From an uncultured Nitrososphaeraceae archaeon (GTDB taxonomy: Archaea > Thermoproteota > Nitrososphaeria > Nitrososphaerales > Nitrososphaeraceae), in contig CAVZZA010000003.1 of NCBI GenBank assembly GCA_963779615.1, forward strand, positions 448,001 to 512,000: 64,000 nucleotides of DNA, given 5' to 3'. The notes beneath the pieces are model-generated. The model was not told the origin of the DNA. It worked only from the letters and a program-made list of their open reading frames with translations, and made no database searches. Every line of letters starts with the position of its first letter. Positions within the stretch are counted from its first letter, which is position 1. Of this stretch, positions 8,974 to 19,905 are shown one piece after another. The translations under genes were made by a program, and so were the position numbers.

Positions 8974-11268
8974 ATGGTGCTCTGGTGTCTTGTTTTGTCC
9001 GGCTTTGCAGGCCTTTTAGCAATAGGGCATTGTCCTTGCCATCTTGAACAAGGCATATGCAAATACATGCAAGTTATCCAGTATCCCTTATATTGCAGGA
9101 TTCATCACTATGAAGTGAAAAACGCTACGACCACTCCATCCTATCCTCCTATCAAAGATAAAAGTTCAGAGATTCTCTATGGAGTTGAGAAAGCGGTTGG
9201 GAGAGGAGTCTATTTTATGAATAATGTTAAGGAAAGAATGGATATTTTCTTTGACAAGGCTGCCCCTTCAATAGTAGTAGACATAGCTGAATATCGGGAA
9301 GGGTATATAAATATTCGAAAAAGGGGTGGGAAAATAAGGGCCTTTACAGAAATTACAAATGAAAATGTCGCGCATTGCAAGGAACTTGCCAAACTGGTGG
9401 ATGAACTTAGGCATCTAGATGATGTTAGGGGCGGCATTGCAGTAAGTGAGACAGAGTATATGGCCACGACCGTTTTACAGGAAAATACCCCCCTTACACA
9501 AGTCATCTATAGCAATGTAAAGGAGGTTGTTGAGCAAGGAAAGTATATTTACGAAACATTATGGAAAACAGGCATTCCAGCTGAGCAAAAGATAAAGGAA
9601 ATTGAGGAAGGAACAGAGCCAATAAAAACAGAGGTGTTGGAAAGTGAGGAGGAAATATCAAAAAGGATAACAGAGTTGGCTAAATGGTCTGGCTGTCTGT
9701 CTGTTTGCTCCACAACTGGGGGAATGCAGTTAATTTACAACAATTTCTTTGATGTGTACAAAGACGCCGTGCAAAGGCACAGAAACGGAAAGCATAAAGG
9801 GGTCAGATGGATTACGGCAATAAACAACAACAAGGATATAGAGTTGGCAAAATCTTTTTTGGATGAAGGAATAAACGTACGCCATGTGAAAAGCATACCG
9901 CTCCCCAGTTTTGCCCTAAGCGACAAAATGCTTAACTCCACCATAGAAAAGATGGAGGGAGGAATAATGGTCACTAACCTGCTCAGTAGCAACGACACTC
10001 TATACCTTAACCACTATGGCGCGATTTTTAAGGAGCTGTGGAAAACTGGCATTGATGCAAAATCCCGAATCAGGGATATCGAAGAGGGACACTACATAAA
10101 TGTAGAAATAATGCCAAATCCGAAAGAGTCGATTAAGTTTGTCGCCGAATTAAACAAATCCACCAAAGAAGAGATACTGATCTTGCTATCTTCTGCAATG
10201 GGGTTTATCAGAGTAGAAAGGATTGGAGGCTATAAGGTATTGGATGATTTGGGGCAAAAAGGGACAAAGGTAAAAATCCTGATTCCAGTAGATACAAAGC
10301 ATGTTGATTCGATAAACAAAACAATATCTCAATATCCCCATATTGAATTCAAGATTTTACAATTTTCTCTAACCACAAAGATAGGCATCATGACGTTTGA
10401 CAAACAGAAAACCCTAATTCTTGAAATTAGGAACGACAGTGTACTCGATTTACACGATGCGGTGGGTTTGGCAATATACATAGAGGGCGCATCGACGTCC
10501 ATATCTTATGCCTCCATATTTGAAAGCCTCTGGAGGCAAACAGAGATGTACGAACAGCTCCAAATTCAAGACAAGTTGCAAATAGAGTTTATCAACACAG
10601 CAGCCCATGAGCTGCGGACGCCAATACAGCCAATACTTGGGATAACGGACATTCTTAAGGGCAGTGTAACAGACGACAGACACAAGGAGTTGCTTGATGT
10701 AATTGGCAGAAACGCAAAGAGGCTTAAAAAACTATCTGATGATATTCTGGAGGTGTCAAAAATTGAGGGCAACTCGATGGGCCTAGATAAAGAGCATTTC
10801 AGGATTGTTGAGACAATACTTGACAACATCAACAGCTACAAAAACAACACAGATGGCAAAAGCATAAAGTTTGAGTACGAGTTGGATGGTGATGGCGACG
10901 GTTTGACCGTTTATGGGGACAGGAATGGCATAAGCCAGGTTATCTCAAACCTAATCAGCAACTCCATCAAGTTCATCCCTCAAGATGGCACCATATCCAT
11001 AAAGGCCGAAAGGAAAGTGACCAACAGTGACAATGGAGGTGTTGAAGAAATGGTTGTTGTCAGTGTAAAAGACACGGGCATTGGAATTGATGAAGAGGTT
11101 TTTCCAAGGCTGTTTACAAAGTTTATCACCAAATCCTTTCAGGGGATTGGCCTGGGTTTATTCATATCAAAGAGCATGGTGGAAGCGCATGGTGGAAGCA
11201 TATGGGCAGAGCATAATAGAGACGGCAAGGGCGCGACAGTTAGATTTACCCTACCTATTCGAGGCTGA
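8974..11268 (+). CDS. Sensor histidine kinase, Nitrososphaera type
   Basis: H-box AAHELRTPIQP, N-box NLISNSIKF, DTGIG, GIGLGL. True start is probably near 9067-9115. Confidence 0.95.
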   Translation: MVLWCLVLSGFAGLLAIGHCPCHLEQGICKYMQVIQYPLYCRIHHYEVKNATTTPSYPPIKDKSSEILYGVEKAVGRGVYFMNNVKERMDIFFDKAAPSIVVDIAEYREGYINIRKRGGKIRAFTEITNENVAHCKELAKLVDELRHLDDVRGGIAVSETEYMATTVLQENTPLTQVIYSNVKEVVEQGKYIYETLWKTGIPAEQKIKEIEEGTEPIKTEVLESEEEISKRITELAKWSGCLSVCSTTGGMQLIYNNFFDVYKDAVQRHRNGKHKGVRWITAINNNKDIELAKSFLDEGINVRHVKSIPLPSFALSDKMLNSTIEKMEGGIMVTNLLSSNDTLYLNHYGAIFKELWKTGIDAKSRIRDIEEGHYINVEIMPNPKESIKFVAELNKSTKEEILILLSSAMGFIRVERIGGYKVLDDLGQKGTKVKILIPVDTKHVDSINKTISQYPHIEFKILQFSLTTKIGIMTFDKQKTLILEIRNDSVLDLHDAVGLAIYIEGASTSISYASIFESLWRQTEMYEQLQIQDKLQIEFINTAAHELRTPIQPILGITDILKGSVTDDRHKELLDVIGRNAKRLKKLSDDILEVSKIEGNSMGLDKEHFRIVETILDNINSYKNNTDGKSIKFEYELDGDGDGLTVYGDRNGISQVISNLISNSIKFIPQDGTISIKAERKVTNSDNGGVEEMVVVSVKDTGIGIDEEVFPRLFTKFITKSFQGIGLGLFISKSMVEAHGGSIWAEHNRDGKGATVRFTLPIRG

Positions 11269-11674
11269 ACCCAACATCAGCATTTTATCGTTAGCGAGGT
11301 TGCTCTAAATCAATAAAAACCAAGATGGATCTTTAATCACGCTATAGTTGCATATTGGATTAGGCAATGCTAAACCATCTTATCCATCTTAATGAACAAT
11401 AAATCACCAGCAAAAAAAACAAATAAATCAAAAAATTGACATTTCGCTTTTTCGCAAAATCACACATGCAAGACAATTAACTCTAGTAATGAAAACGCCT
11501 ATGCTTTTTTTTTGGGTTTTCTGATTCAGCACTTGCAATAACCAAATTACAACAATTAATCACCCAAAGATGATTTTCCTTTATTAAAAAAAAAGTACAA
11601 TGCAGGCGGCTATTCTGCTACAGAACCAACCAAAAACTCAATCAATAAAAGTGGCCTCATGACACTGAGCTTAA

Positions 11675-12967
11675 TTAGCTATCGCCCACTGGAACTATTC
11701 TAAATAGAGTACCCTTATCGTTGGGAAGATTGATTGAAAGAATGTATAGATATCCATCAGCGGGTCCAATTCGCATATCAGTAATTATTCCAAATCCCTT
11801 ACCCCATGTTATGCCTTCATTTTCCAAAGTGTTATTGGCTACTCTATCTGCAAGGGACCCATTGAGTAGTAATTCGGTTCTGTCACCATCATTCAAATCA
11901 AAATGATATATGTGCCCATTATTCGCACCAGCTACAAATAAATCATTCTTGTATTGATTTCCCAACTTATCTGAAGAGAGAAACTTTATTGCTGTAGGGG
12001 CAACAGGGATGCCCCATGTGAACTTTGGCGGAACGTAAACGCCTTTTCCGCTATAGTTTAACAGCAGGCTATCCGGATGGGTGTTTTCCCTGCCCATAGA
12101 ACCCCCCGTAACTTCCCATACCCCCTGTACCTTTGACCATCCGCTGTTGAATCCGGGTTTTACAAGGTTAATTTCATCACCAAATGAGGGTCCGTTTTCT
12201 GTGTCCCAAAGATTTCCGGTTACGGGATCAAAATCCAATCCAAAACTGTTGCGTATACCATACGCATAATATAGTTTCAATTTGGTGCCATTCCCCAAAG
12301 TCCCTTGCAAAGGCTGACCATCTTCTGTAACCCTAAGTATGCCTCCTCTCCCATCAGGTGGTGCCTTTTTTTGAGGCACATTTGAGGCCTGGGTACTCAT
12401 CCAACCAAGTTCGCCAAGTACAACATACACATTGTTGTCAGGTCCAATTTTTATAATGCCCCCATTATGAGCGGGTCCTGGCTTTGATGGCAAATCCAAA
12501 AGGAGTTTCGGGTTAACTAGCTTATTTGACACCAAATCATATCTGTAAAGCCGGTTTCCAAGAGGATCATTTCCGGGTTTGCAATGAGTGGGTGTATCGC
12601 ATCCATCCCCATTATCTGCGCTTTTTGATTCGGTATAGTACAAAAAAACATGCGTAATGTTATTATCACTTTGTGCAACAGCAATCCCCAATAAACCTCT
12701 CTCAAGTGCACTTGATACATTGACATCAAGTAAGGGCTCTGAGAACATTGCCCCATTTACAATCCTGTCAACAATGCCAGTATTTTTCTCCAGGACCAAA
12801 ATGGTATCATTACCTAAAAATTCCATGTTAGAAGGTGTCTTGATGCCCTCAAAAACAGTTTCAACCTTTAAGGAGGGGTCAATAACAGATGGAATGGCAA
12901 AAACAGTTGATGGTGAAATAATTAACAACGACAAAAGCGTCAAAAACGCCACAGGTGGAAAATGCAT
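11675..12967 (-). CDS. PQQ-dependent glucose/sorbosone dehydrogenase-family protein (secreted)
   Basis: Signal peptide MHFPPVAFLTLL, then ERGLLG, HNGG, YAYGIRNSFG and WDTENGP..GDEIN. Confidence 0.92.
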   Translation of the reverse strand: MHFPPVAFLTLLSLLIISPSTVFAIPSVIDPSLKVETVFEGIKTPSNMEFLGNDTILVLEKNTGIVDRIVNGAMFSEPLLDVNVSSALERGLLGIAVAQSDNNITHVFLYYTESKSADNGDGCDTPTHCKPGNDPLGNRLYRYDLVSNKLVNPKLLLDLPSKPGPAHNGGIIKIGPDNNVYVVLGELGWMSTQASNVPQKKAPPDGRGGILRVTEDGQPLQGTLGNGTKLKLYYAYGIRNSFGLDFDPVTGNLWDTENGPSFGDEINLVKPGFNSGWSKVQGVWEVTGGSMGRENTHPDSLLLNYSGKGVYVPPKFTWGIPVAPTAIKFLSSDKLGNQYKNDLFVAGANNGHIYHFDLNDGDRTELLLNGSLADRVANNTLENEGITWGKGFGIITDMRIGPADGYLYILSINLPNDKGTLFRIVPVGDS

Positions 12968-13124
12968 TTTCAGTAATCTATAAAATGTTCCTGATAAATA
13001 CCAATAGATTTGCAAAAAAACATTGCAGCGCAAATAATTTGTATACTTGGTGCATTAACCCCTACCAAATTCCTCCACGGTAATGGGAATAAAAATATCC
13101 ATCAACAACCAAAAAATAAAATAA

Positions 13125-13580
13125 TTGGCCATGTCAAGCCATATATCGCATACATGCATCATAATAATGGATAACAAAAATAGTTATGATAAAATCAAAC
13201 ACTTGGTTGAGGTAGACGACGATATTTTCGCTGTTTTTATTGTAGAATCCTCACAAATAAAGGACACACACATTGCAAAAAACGCAGATATTGATGCCTC
13301 TAAAATTGAATTTCTTTTTAAAGTGCTGGATATTGACACCGAAAATAAAAATAATGGAAAAAACAAGGAGATGGAAAAAGGGCATTTTAGCAAGTACAGT
13401 ATTTTAGGTAATGTACAATGGACCATTTCCGAATATGACAAACTAAGAATATTAAAGATTTATGAAGACGATAAAACAATTGTAGTTTTGATGCAGAGCA
13501 ATACAAAACTAGCCCATCATATAGACATTATACTGGGTTATTATTTTGATTCTGACGACGTACCAAAGAGTTTATTCTAA
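13125..13580 (+). CDS. Hypothetical protein, possible roadblock/longin-like fold
   Basis: Pattern DDDIFAVFIV...LGNVQWTISEYDKLRILKI, as seen in small thaumarchaeal roadblock-like proteins. Start is probably 13167. Confidence 0.6.
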   Translation: MAMSSHISHTCIIIMDNKNSYDKIKHLVEVDDDIFAVFIVESSQIKDTHIAKNADIDASKIEFLFKVLDIDTENKNNGKNKEMEKGHFSKYSILGNVQWTISEYDKLRILKIYEDDKTIVVLMQSNTKLAHHIDIILGYYFDSDDVPKSLF

Positions 13581-13711
13581 CAATTAATAAGGTATGATAG
13601 GGTATGAGTGGGAAGAAAACACCTACCTGAAAAAGGCAGATCAACACATACTCTTGATTCATTTTGTTATATTATTATACTGATGGAAATCCACGTATGT
13701 TAAACTAGAAA

Positions 13712-14935
13712 ATGGCTGCAGAATCTGAGTTTGTCCACATAATAATTTCTCTTTCCATTTTGCTATTTACTGCCAAATTGTTTGCTGAGCTTTTTCAGAG
13801 GCTAAAGATGCCTGTTGTCTTAGGCGAGCTTTTAGCTGGGATAGTTGCAGGCCCCTTTGCTTTGGGAGGATTGCCATTATTTAATGGCGGTCCGTTAGTC
13901 GTTTTGGATGAAACAGTCAGGCATATAGGGGAATTGGCAGCTATTGTGATTTTGTTTGTCGCGGGACTAGAAATCACTCCAAGGGAATTCCTCAAAGGGG
14001 GTATTGCGTCATTTACTGTAGGCGCATTAGGAGTAATTGTGCCGTTCTTTGTAGGTTTTATAGTTTTTTCACTTTATGGACTAAAAATTTTTGAAATACT
14101 CTTAATCTCTACAGCATTGACTGCAACAAGCATAGCGATATCCATTCAGGTACTGTCAGAATTGGGAAAGATGAAAACGAAAGAAGCCCGATTAATTTTA
14201 GGAGCTGCAATAGTAGACGACATTCTTGCCATCGCAGTATTGTCAGTTGTGATTACAATGGTCCAAACCGGCAACTCAACACCCGATATTATGGAGATCA
14301 CCTTCCTCATCATAAAAATTTTGGGGCTATTTGCGGCCTTGCTAATTGGCTCGATTTTTTTGGTTCCTCGAATATTGCACCGAGAAAAACTATGGAAATC
14401 TCAAGGGAGCATAGAAGGAATTACAACTGCAATGTTTTTTGCTACAGCGGGTATTGCAGCATATGTTGGATTATCACCCCTGGTAGGGGCATTTGCAGCC
14501 GGGATGGCTGTTGCGAGTTCCAAACTCATCAAACAAATTGAAGAGTATGTTCACCGACTGCAATTTATCTTCGCTCCGTTGTTCTTTGCGATTATAGGGG
14601 CCCAGGTGGATTTAAGAGGAATTAACCTCAATGTACTGCTTCTTACAGGAATAATAATAACAATAGCCATAGTAACAAAACTACTAGGTTGCGGATTACC
14701 ATCAATGGTATTTCTTAAAGACAGGGCACAATCAATGAAGGTAGCGATAGGAATGGTATCAAGAGGAGAAGTGGGATTGATTGTGGCTGGCATAGGTGTG
14801 ACATCTGGGACGCTATCAGCAGATATTTATACATCCATAATCATCATGGTTGCACTTACAACCATTATAACTCCAATATGGCTAAAGAAAGCATATAGCC
14901 AAAGGAAAGATTTACCTTCTGCAACTCCAACCTGA
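13712..14935 (+). CDS. Cation:proton antiporter (CPA2, NapA-like)
   Basis: About 13 TM segments with motifs VLGELLAGI..GP, ATSIAIS, AAIVDD and MVSRGEV. Confidence 0.93.
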   Translation: MAAESEFVHIIISLSILLFTAKLFAELFQRLKMPVVLGELLAGIVAGPFALGGLPLFNGGPLVVLDETVRHIGELAAIVILFVAGLEITPREFLKGGIASFTVGALGVIVPFFVGFIVFSLYGLKIFEILLISTALTATSIAISIQVLSELGKMKTKEARLILGAAIVDDILAIAVLSVVITMVQTGNSTPDIMEITFLIIKILGLFAALLIGSIFLVPRILHREKLWKSQGSIEGITTAMFFATAGIAAYVGLSPLVGAFAAGMAVASSKLIKQIEEYVHRLQFIFAPLFFAIIGAQVDLRGINLNVLLLTGIIITIAIVTKLLGCGLPSMVFLKDRAQSMKVAIGMVSRGEVGLIVAGIGVTSGTLSADIYTSIIIMVALTTIITPIWLKKAYSQRKDLPSATPT

Positions 14936-15126
14936 TATTCCATAAACCAATTTTTCAACATGACAATTAATAAATAGACATGTTAGGCCTTTATAACACT
15001 CATTAATCAAATTTTTAATCATAATTTAAAAAGGCGACAGCATCATTCGTTATGCCGAATATGTCTTTTTGCATCAGCAAAGTTTAAACATATTGGCTCT
15101 TCCAATAACTTTTAAATCTAACAATC

Positions 15127-17052
15127 ATGGTGACTGAAACCCTTGAGCGCTCTGTATTATCCTACATGCACGGACAGTTTGTTATTTTAGATGAAGAAAT
15201 TGACGCTGCAAACGCGGTTAAGCAAATGCATTCAAAAAAAGCCGAAACAATTATCGTCAAAGGAAAAAATGACGAAAAATACTCTGGGATTGTTACTGAT
15301 AGTGATATTTTGGACAAGATAGTGATGAGGGGAGAGGATTCTGACCAAGTGCTGCTAAAAAATGTAATGTCCTCTCCAATCATAACTATTTCAGCAAAAG
15401 CAAATGTAAGGCAGGCCCTGGAGATAATGAGGCTTAATGCAATAAAGCGAGTTCCAGTTACAGACAATGTAAGCATTTTAGGCATCATAACCCAGGAAAG
15501 CTTGGCTACCGCCATCAGAACATCGGTTTTGGAGAGAACCTTTAGAGACTACAGGCTGGTAATTAGAGAGCGCTATAAGCCAATATGGGGTAACCTTGGT
15601 TTTATTCTACAGTTTTCCGGAATACTGTTTATAGCTCCAGCAGTTTTGGCTGCGTTGTTGGGAGAAACAATATCGGCTACCGGGATTTCTCTAGGCATCA
15701 TATCCATGTTTGTAACCGGTTTTGTATTGAATTCTTATGGAGAAAAAACGCCCCTGAATCTAAGGCAAGCATCAATACTCCTGGTTTCGAGTTTTGTACT
15801 GTTAAGTTTCTATGGAAGCATACCCTACATGTACGTTAATCCATTCTATAAAGACATTGACATGCCATCTCTTTTTGTAAACAGTTTCTTTGAAAGCGCT
15901 TCCGGGTTTACTACAACGGGTCTTTCTTTAATATCCCATCCCGAAGACTTGTCAACAAGTTTTGATTTTTATCGCTCCTTTACACAGTGGATAGGCGGTT
16001 TGAGTTTCGTTTATTTAATAATCACCTTCTTTTACCCGGAACGAAAACTAGCCCACATGAAAGGAATGATTAGTGGAGGAATTCTAAAGTTAAAACAGCT
16101 GATAGTAACAATAAGTGTCATCTTTACAGTGTACACAGTAGCTTTGGTTGTCTTGCTGTACTTGTTTGGCGATAATAGCGTAATCCACAATATCGCTCTA
16201 ATATTTAGCACCGTTACAGGCGGCGGGTTTATACCCACCTCTACATCAATACCCGCGGAAAACTCCACACAGTTGTTTATTCTGATGGCAGGCATGATTA
16301 TTTCGGCTCTACCTTTTGCGTTTCATTATGCGCTGTTCAGCAAGGAACTTAAAACTAACAAGATGCGTCCGGAAATTCTTGTTTATTTTGCAATAATGCT
16401 TGTCTCCATCCCTATTTTTTACCTCATGATTGCTTCAACAGACATCCAATCGAAGTTCATGGTGTCGGTGTTTCATGTTGTAAGTGCCTCAACCACCTCT
16501 GGTTTTCAGTTTATCAACATACCCTCATTGCCAGAGGAGGGAAAGATAATGTTAATAATCCTGATGCTGATCGGTGGAACTGCCTTTTCTACAGCGGGAG
16601 GCATAAAAGTGGGCAGAATTCTTCAGATTGCTCAAAAACTAACCAACAAAAAATTATCTGCTGACACCTCTACCAGGTCCATCTCTTCAGCATCATCAAG
16701 GTATAACACATCCTTCAATGCGTACGAACCAAAAACAGAGAAACTAAAAGAAGAAAAAACTTTTAGAGAGGCAATGCTGGTAATAGTGCTGTTTGTTTCA
16801 TTGTCTTTTGTTACAGCCACTGTGCTGAGTTATCTTAACCAAAAGAATTTCCTGGATTCGCTTTTTGAGTCTGTCGCCGCGGTGACAACAACTGGCCTTT
16901 CAACAGGAATTACCTCCTTAAACATGGACATAACATCAAAGATATTTCTTATTGTTAACATGATATCAGGCAGGTTTGAGATTATAGCGATAGTTTACCT
17001 TTTCCTTGAGATATCAAAAAGAAAACACACCCATTTCCCAATTGGGCATTAG
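15127..17052 (+). CDS. trkH: TrkH-family K+ uptake membrane protein with an N-terminal CBS-domain pair
   Basis: N-terminal CBS pair (GIVTDSDI, GIITQES). Pore-loop motifs SGFTTTG, TVTGGG, TTSGF, STAGGIK and TTTGLS. Confidence 0.88.
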   Translation: MVTETLERSVLSYMHGQFVILDEEIDAANAVKQMHSKKAETIIVKGKNDEKYSGIVTDSDILDKIVMRGEDSDQVLLKNVMSSPIITISAKANVRQALEIMRLNAIKRVPVTDNVSILGIITQESLATAIRTSVLERTFRDYRLVIRERYKPIWGNLGFILQFSGILFIAPAVLAALLGETISATGISLGIISMFVTGFVLNSYGEKTPLNLRQASILLVSSFVLLSFYGSIPYMYVNPFYKDIDMPSLFVNSFFESASGFTTTGLSLISHPEDLSTSFDFYRSFTQWIGGLSFVYLIITFFYPERKLAHMKGMISGGILKLKQLIVTISVIFTVYTVALVVLLYLFGDNSVIHNIALIFSTVTGGGFIPTSTSIPAENSTQLFILMAGMIISALPFAFHYALFSKELKTNKMRPEILVYFAIMLVSIPIFYLMIASTDIQSKFMVSVFHVVSASTTSGFQFINIPSLPEEGKIMLIILMLIGGTAFSTAGGIKVGRILQIAQKLTNKKLSADTSTRSISSASSRYNTSFNAYEPKTEKLKEEKTFREAMLVIVLFVSLSFVTATVLSYLNQKNFLDSLFESVAAVTTTGLSTGITSLNMDITSKIFLIVNMISGRFEIIAIVYLFLEISKRKHTHFPIGH

Positions 17053-17261
17053 ACCGCAGGGTCAAATTGGGTCCAATTTCGTTAAAGGGCGTTATTTAAT
17101 TTTTTACTAATTGTTCAGTAAAGAACCAAAATTTCACTGCACTTATGGTTTATTGAATTAAAGTTATACCCATTTCTTAAGGTAGATAGGTTCTAGAGGA
17201 ACATAGAGTACTAACAGAGCTATTTCAAATATACCATTAAAAGATATTTATTGTTGTAAAT

Positions 17262-17840
17262 ATGAACAACATTAAGCATTTTTTGATAATAGCGGCTATA
17301 GCATCTTTGCTGGTGATGAGCGCAAGTTTGGCTTCTAATCAATCGTACGGAAACAGCAATGATCATCACAACAAAAAAGCAATCTCAAAATCAGAGAAAG
17401 CGGATCAAAATGCGGCTCAGGAGAGCGATTGTCAAAGATCCGAAGACTGCCCTCAGGCAAATCAGGATCAACCGACAAGGGGCAAAGGTAATGACTTGGC
17501 AGGGTTCAATGATGACAGCGATAACCTTCTCCAATCAGAGTCCCCATCAACTTTGTTCTCACCACCAATTCCCGTAACCCCAACAACAAACCCATCTGAC
17601 AACCTGGAAGTCACTGTTATAATCCCAGACGAGGGTGTGTGCAGCGGAGGCTCCATCAAGGTTGGCGTTAGTGCCACAGGTCTGCCAGATTTTCTCTGTG
17701 TCAGTGTTGATGGAACACCAATAACGTCAGCGGATGTTCAACTGGGAGCATCCGGCCAACCATGTCCCACAGGGTCCTCCCCTTCCACTATCCTCATAGG
17801 ACGTGAAACACTGGACCTGTGCGTTAAGGTAACTGTTTAG
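17262..17840 (+). CDS. Secreted hypothetical protein (Nitrosocosmicus-type)
   Basis: Signal peptide, Q/N/D-rich segment with CQRSEDC, Pro/Thr linker and a C-terminal domain with four Cys. Confidence 0.7.
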   Translation: MNNIKHFLIIAAIASLLVMSASLASNQSYGNSNDHHNKKAISKSEKADQNAAQESDCQRSEDCPQANQDQPTRGKGNDLAGFNDDSDNLLQSESPSTLFSPPIPVTPTTNPSDNLEVTVIIPDEGVCSGGSIKVGVSATGLPDFLCVSVDGTPITSADVQLGASGQPCPTGSSPSTILIGRETLDLCVKVTV

Positions 17841-18103
17841 GCCAGTTCAATCAAATGCAAATAAAGGCAATTTATTTCGACGCCACAACACACTATCTTT
17901 TTAACGACTAACGAAGTTTTTTAAATCACACAAATGTTTAGGTGTTGCTTTAACATTCAAACATATGTGAGATGATGTTTAGCATTTTTTGATTTATAAA
18001 TTAACCGGTTATTTAACACTTGTTAAGCAAAACCAATGCATATTTATCAAATGTAAACAAAAGAATACGGAAAGTTTATCTTTGTTATTGTAGTGAAATG
18101 TAA

Positions 18104-19855
18104 ATGCAGGTCGCGAAAAAAACTTTTAATAGCTCCCTCCCAGACATAACAAGTGAATTAGAAAAGTCAAACAAGTTGTCAGAGTTAAAAGATAGAGACA
18201 CAATTTCCGGAGCCAAGGAGATAATGGCGATATTTCCCACAGTAAAATCTGTGCTTTCTACCTACAATTCAGCACTGATACAGCAGCTGATTTTTACAAT
18301 GCGAGACAATTTCAATGACAGCGACAATAATCATGAAGGTGCAGTTAACAATAATCCAAAGGTTAGGATCATAATCCCTCAGGACAAAGAAATCGACGAC
18401 ATCATCCAAAGATTCAGGCAAAACAAAAATACGCACATACGCAGCATTTCAGAAATCAATGACATTTTTGTCGACAAGGCCATATTCATCATCATAGACA
18501 GAAAAATTTCCATAATCATTAAAATAACCGAGCAGGGCGGTGATGACAATAATGATGACGATACCAACAACAGTACTAGCAATAACAACAATAGCAAGAG
18601 TAATGGCTTTGCCCCAAGAAGGAAGGCGACTTTTACGTATAGCAGGTATGACAATGAGTCCGGCAACAGACCGGTTGTCTTTTCTCACATAGCAGCCTTT
18701 GAAATGCTATGGAAACTAACAGAAACCATGCAAAAGATAACAAACAGCGATAAGGTGAGGGAAGACTTTGTCAACATTTGTGCGCACGAATTAAGGAGCC
18801 CAATACAGCCAATACTTGGATTGTCAATACTTGTTAAAAATAAAATAACAGATTCAAACCAGCGTGAAATACTCGACGTCATAATCAGAAACGCAAAAAG
18901 ACTAAAAAGGTTGGCAGATGACTTGCTTGAAGTTACAAAGATTGAAAGCAACCTAATAAAACTAGACAAGGAAAAATTCAATTTGAATGATTTTTTAAAC
19001 GAAACGTTATTTGACTATGTAACTAAAGTCTCAAGGGAAGAACACAACGACAATAACACCCATTTAAACATAATCAAATCCATTCCTGATGACATCGTTT
19101 TTTCTGTAGATGCAGACAAGGATAGGCTAATTCAGGTTATCCACAATATTTTAAACAATGCAGTTCGAGCAAGTAGTGACGGAAATCACAATTATGACGC
19201 CGACAATGAGGCGATATATTTTTCCCTCCAGCAAAATAAGGAAAATGAAATCCAGCTCAGCATCAAGGACAGGGGGTCTGGCATTGACGATGAGATGCTA
19301 TCAAATTTATTTACAAAATTTATGACAAAGTCAGGCAAAGGAATTGGGTTAGGGTTATACATAGCAAAAAATATCATAGAGGCACACAATGGCAAAATAT
19401 GGGCCACAAACAACAATGACGGAAAAGGTGCCACTTTCCATATCACATTACCAATCATAATGCAATCCAAAAAGAACATCAAAGTTAAAAAAATTCTATT
19501 AGTAAACGACAAAAAAAGTTTTGCATTAACGCTAAAAACAGCATTTGAAGACTATGGCAAATATAAAGTGGACATATTTGACAGCCCTTCAGCAGTGTTG
19601 CAAAGATTTGTTTCAGGATATTACGATTTTGTGATTCTAGATGTCGAAATGCCGGAAATGGACGGATTTGATTTGAGCCAGCAGCTAAGGAAAAAGGACG
19701 ACAAAGTCGAAGTGGTGATTATGACAACAGGGGGAACAAATTACGAGCCACTCAGGGAGCTGTATGGCATTTCAGAAAAAAACCATTTCATTAAAAAATC
19801 ACTGGAGCCATACAAGATCCTAAGACAAATAAACAGTCTGGTTGAAGACAAATAG
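18104..19855 (+). CDS. Hybrid histidine kinase/response regulator
   Basis: CAHELRSP, NILNNA, DRGSG and GIGLGL, followed by a C-terminal receiver domain (ILDVEMPEMDG). Confidence 0.93.
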   Translation: MQVAKKTFNSSLPDITSELEKSNKLSELKDRDTISGAKEIMAIFPTVKSVLSTYNSALIQQLIFTMRDNFNDSDNNHEGAVNNNPKVRIIIPQDKEIDDIIQRFRQNKNTHIRSISEINDIFVDKAIFIIIDRKISIIIKITEQGGDDNNDDDTNNSTSNNNNSKSNGFAPRRKATFTYSRYDNESGNRPVVFSHIAAFEMLWKLTETMQKITNSDKVREDFVNICAHELRSPIQPILGLSILVKNKITDSNQREILDVIIRNAKRLKRLADDLLEVTKIESNLIKLDKEKFNLNDFLNETLFDYVTKVSREEHNDNNTHLNIIKSIPDDIVFSVDADKDRLIQVIHNILNNAVRASSDGNHNYDADNEAIYFSLQQNKENEIQLSIKDRGSGIDDEMLSNLFTKFMTKSGKGIGLGLYIAKNIIEAHNGKIWATNNNDGKGATFHITLPIIMQSKKNIKVKKILLVNDKKSFALTLKTAFEDYGKYKVDIFDSPSAVLQRFVSGYYDFVILDVEMPEMDGFDLSQQLRKKDDKVEVVIMTTGGTNYEPLRELYGISEKNHFIKKSLEPYKILRQINSLVEDK

Positions 19856-19905
19856 AATGGCTAACTGAAGCAGGAGTTATTTTATATTACAGCATCACAG
19901 AATAA

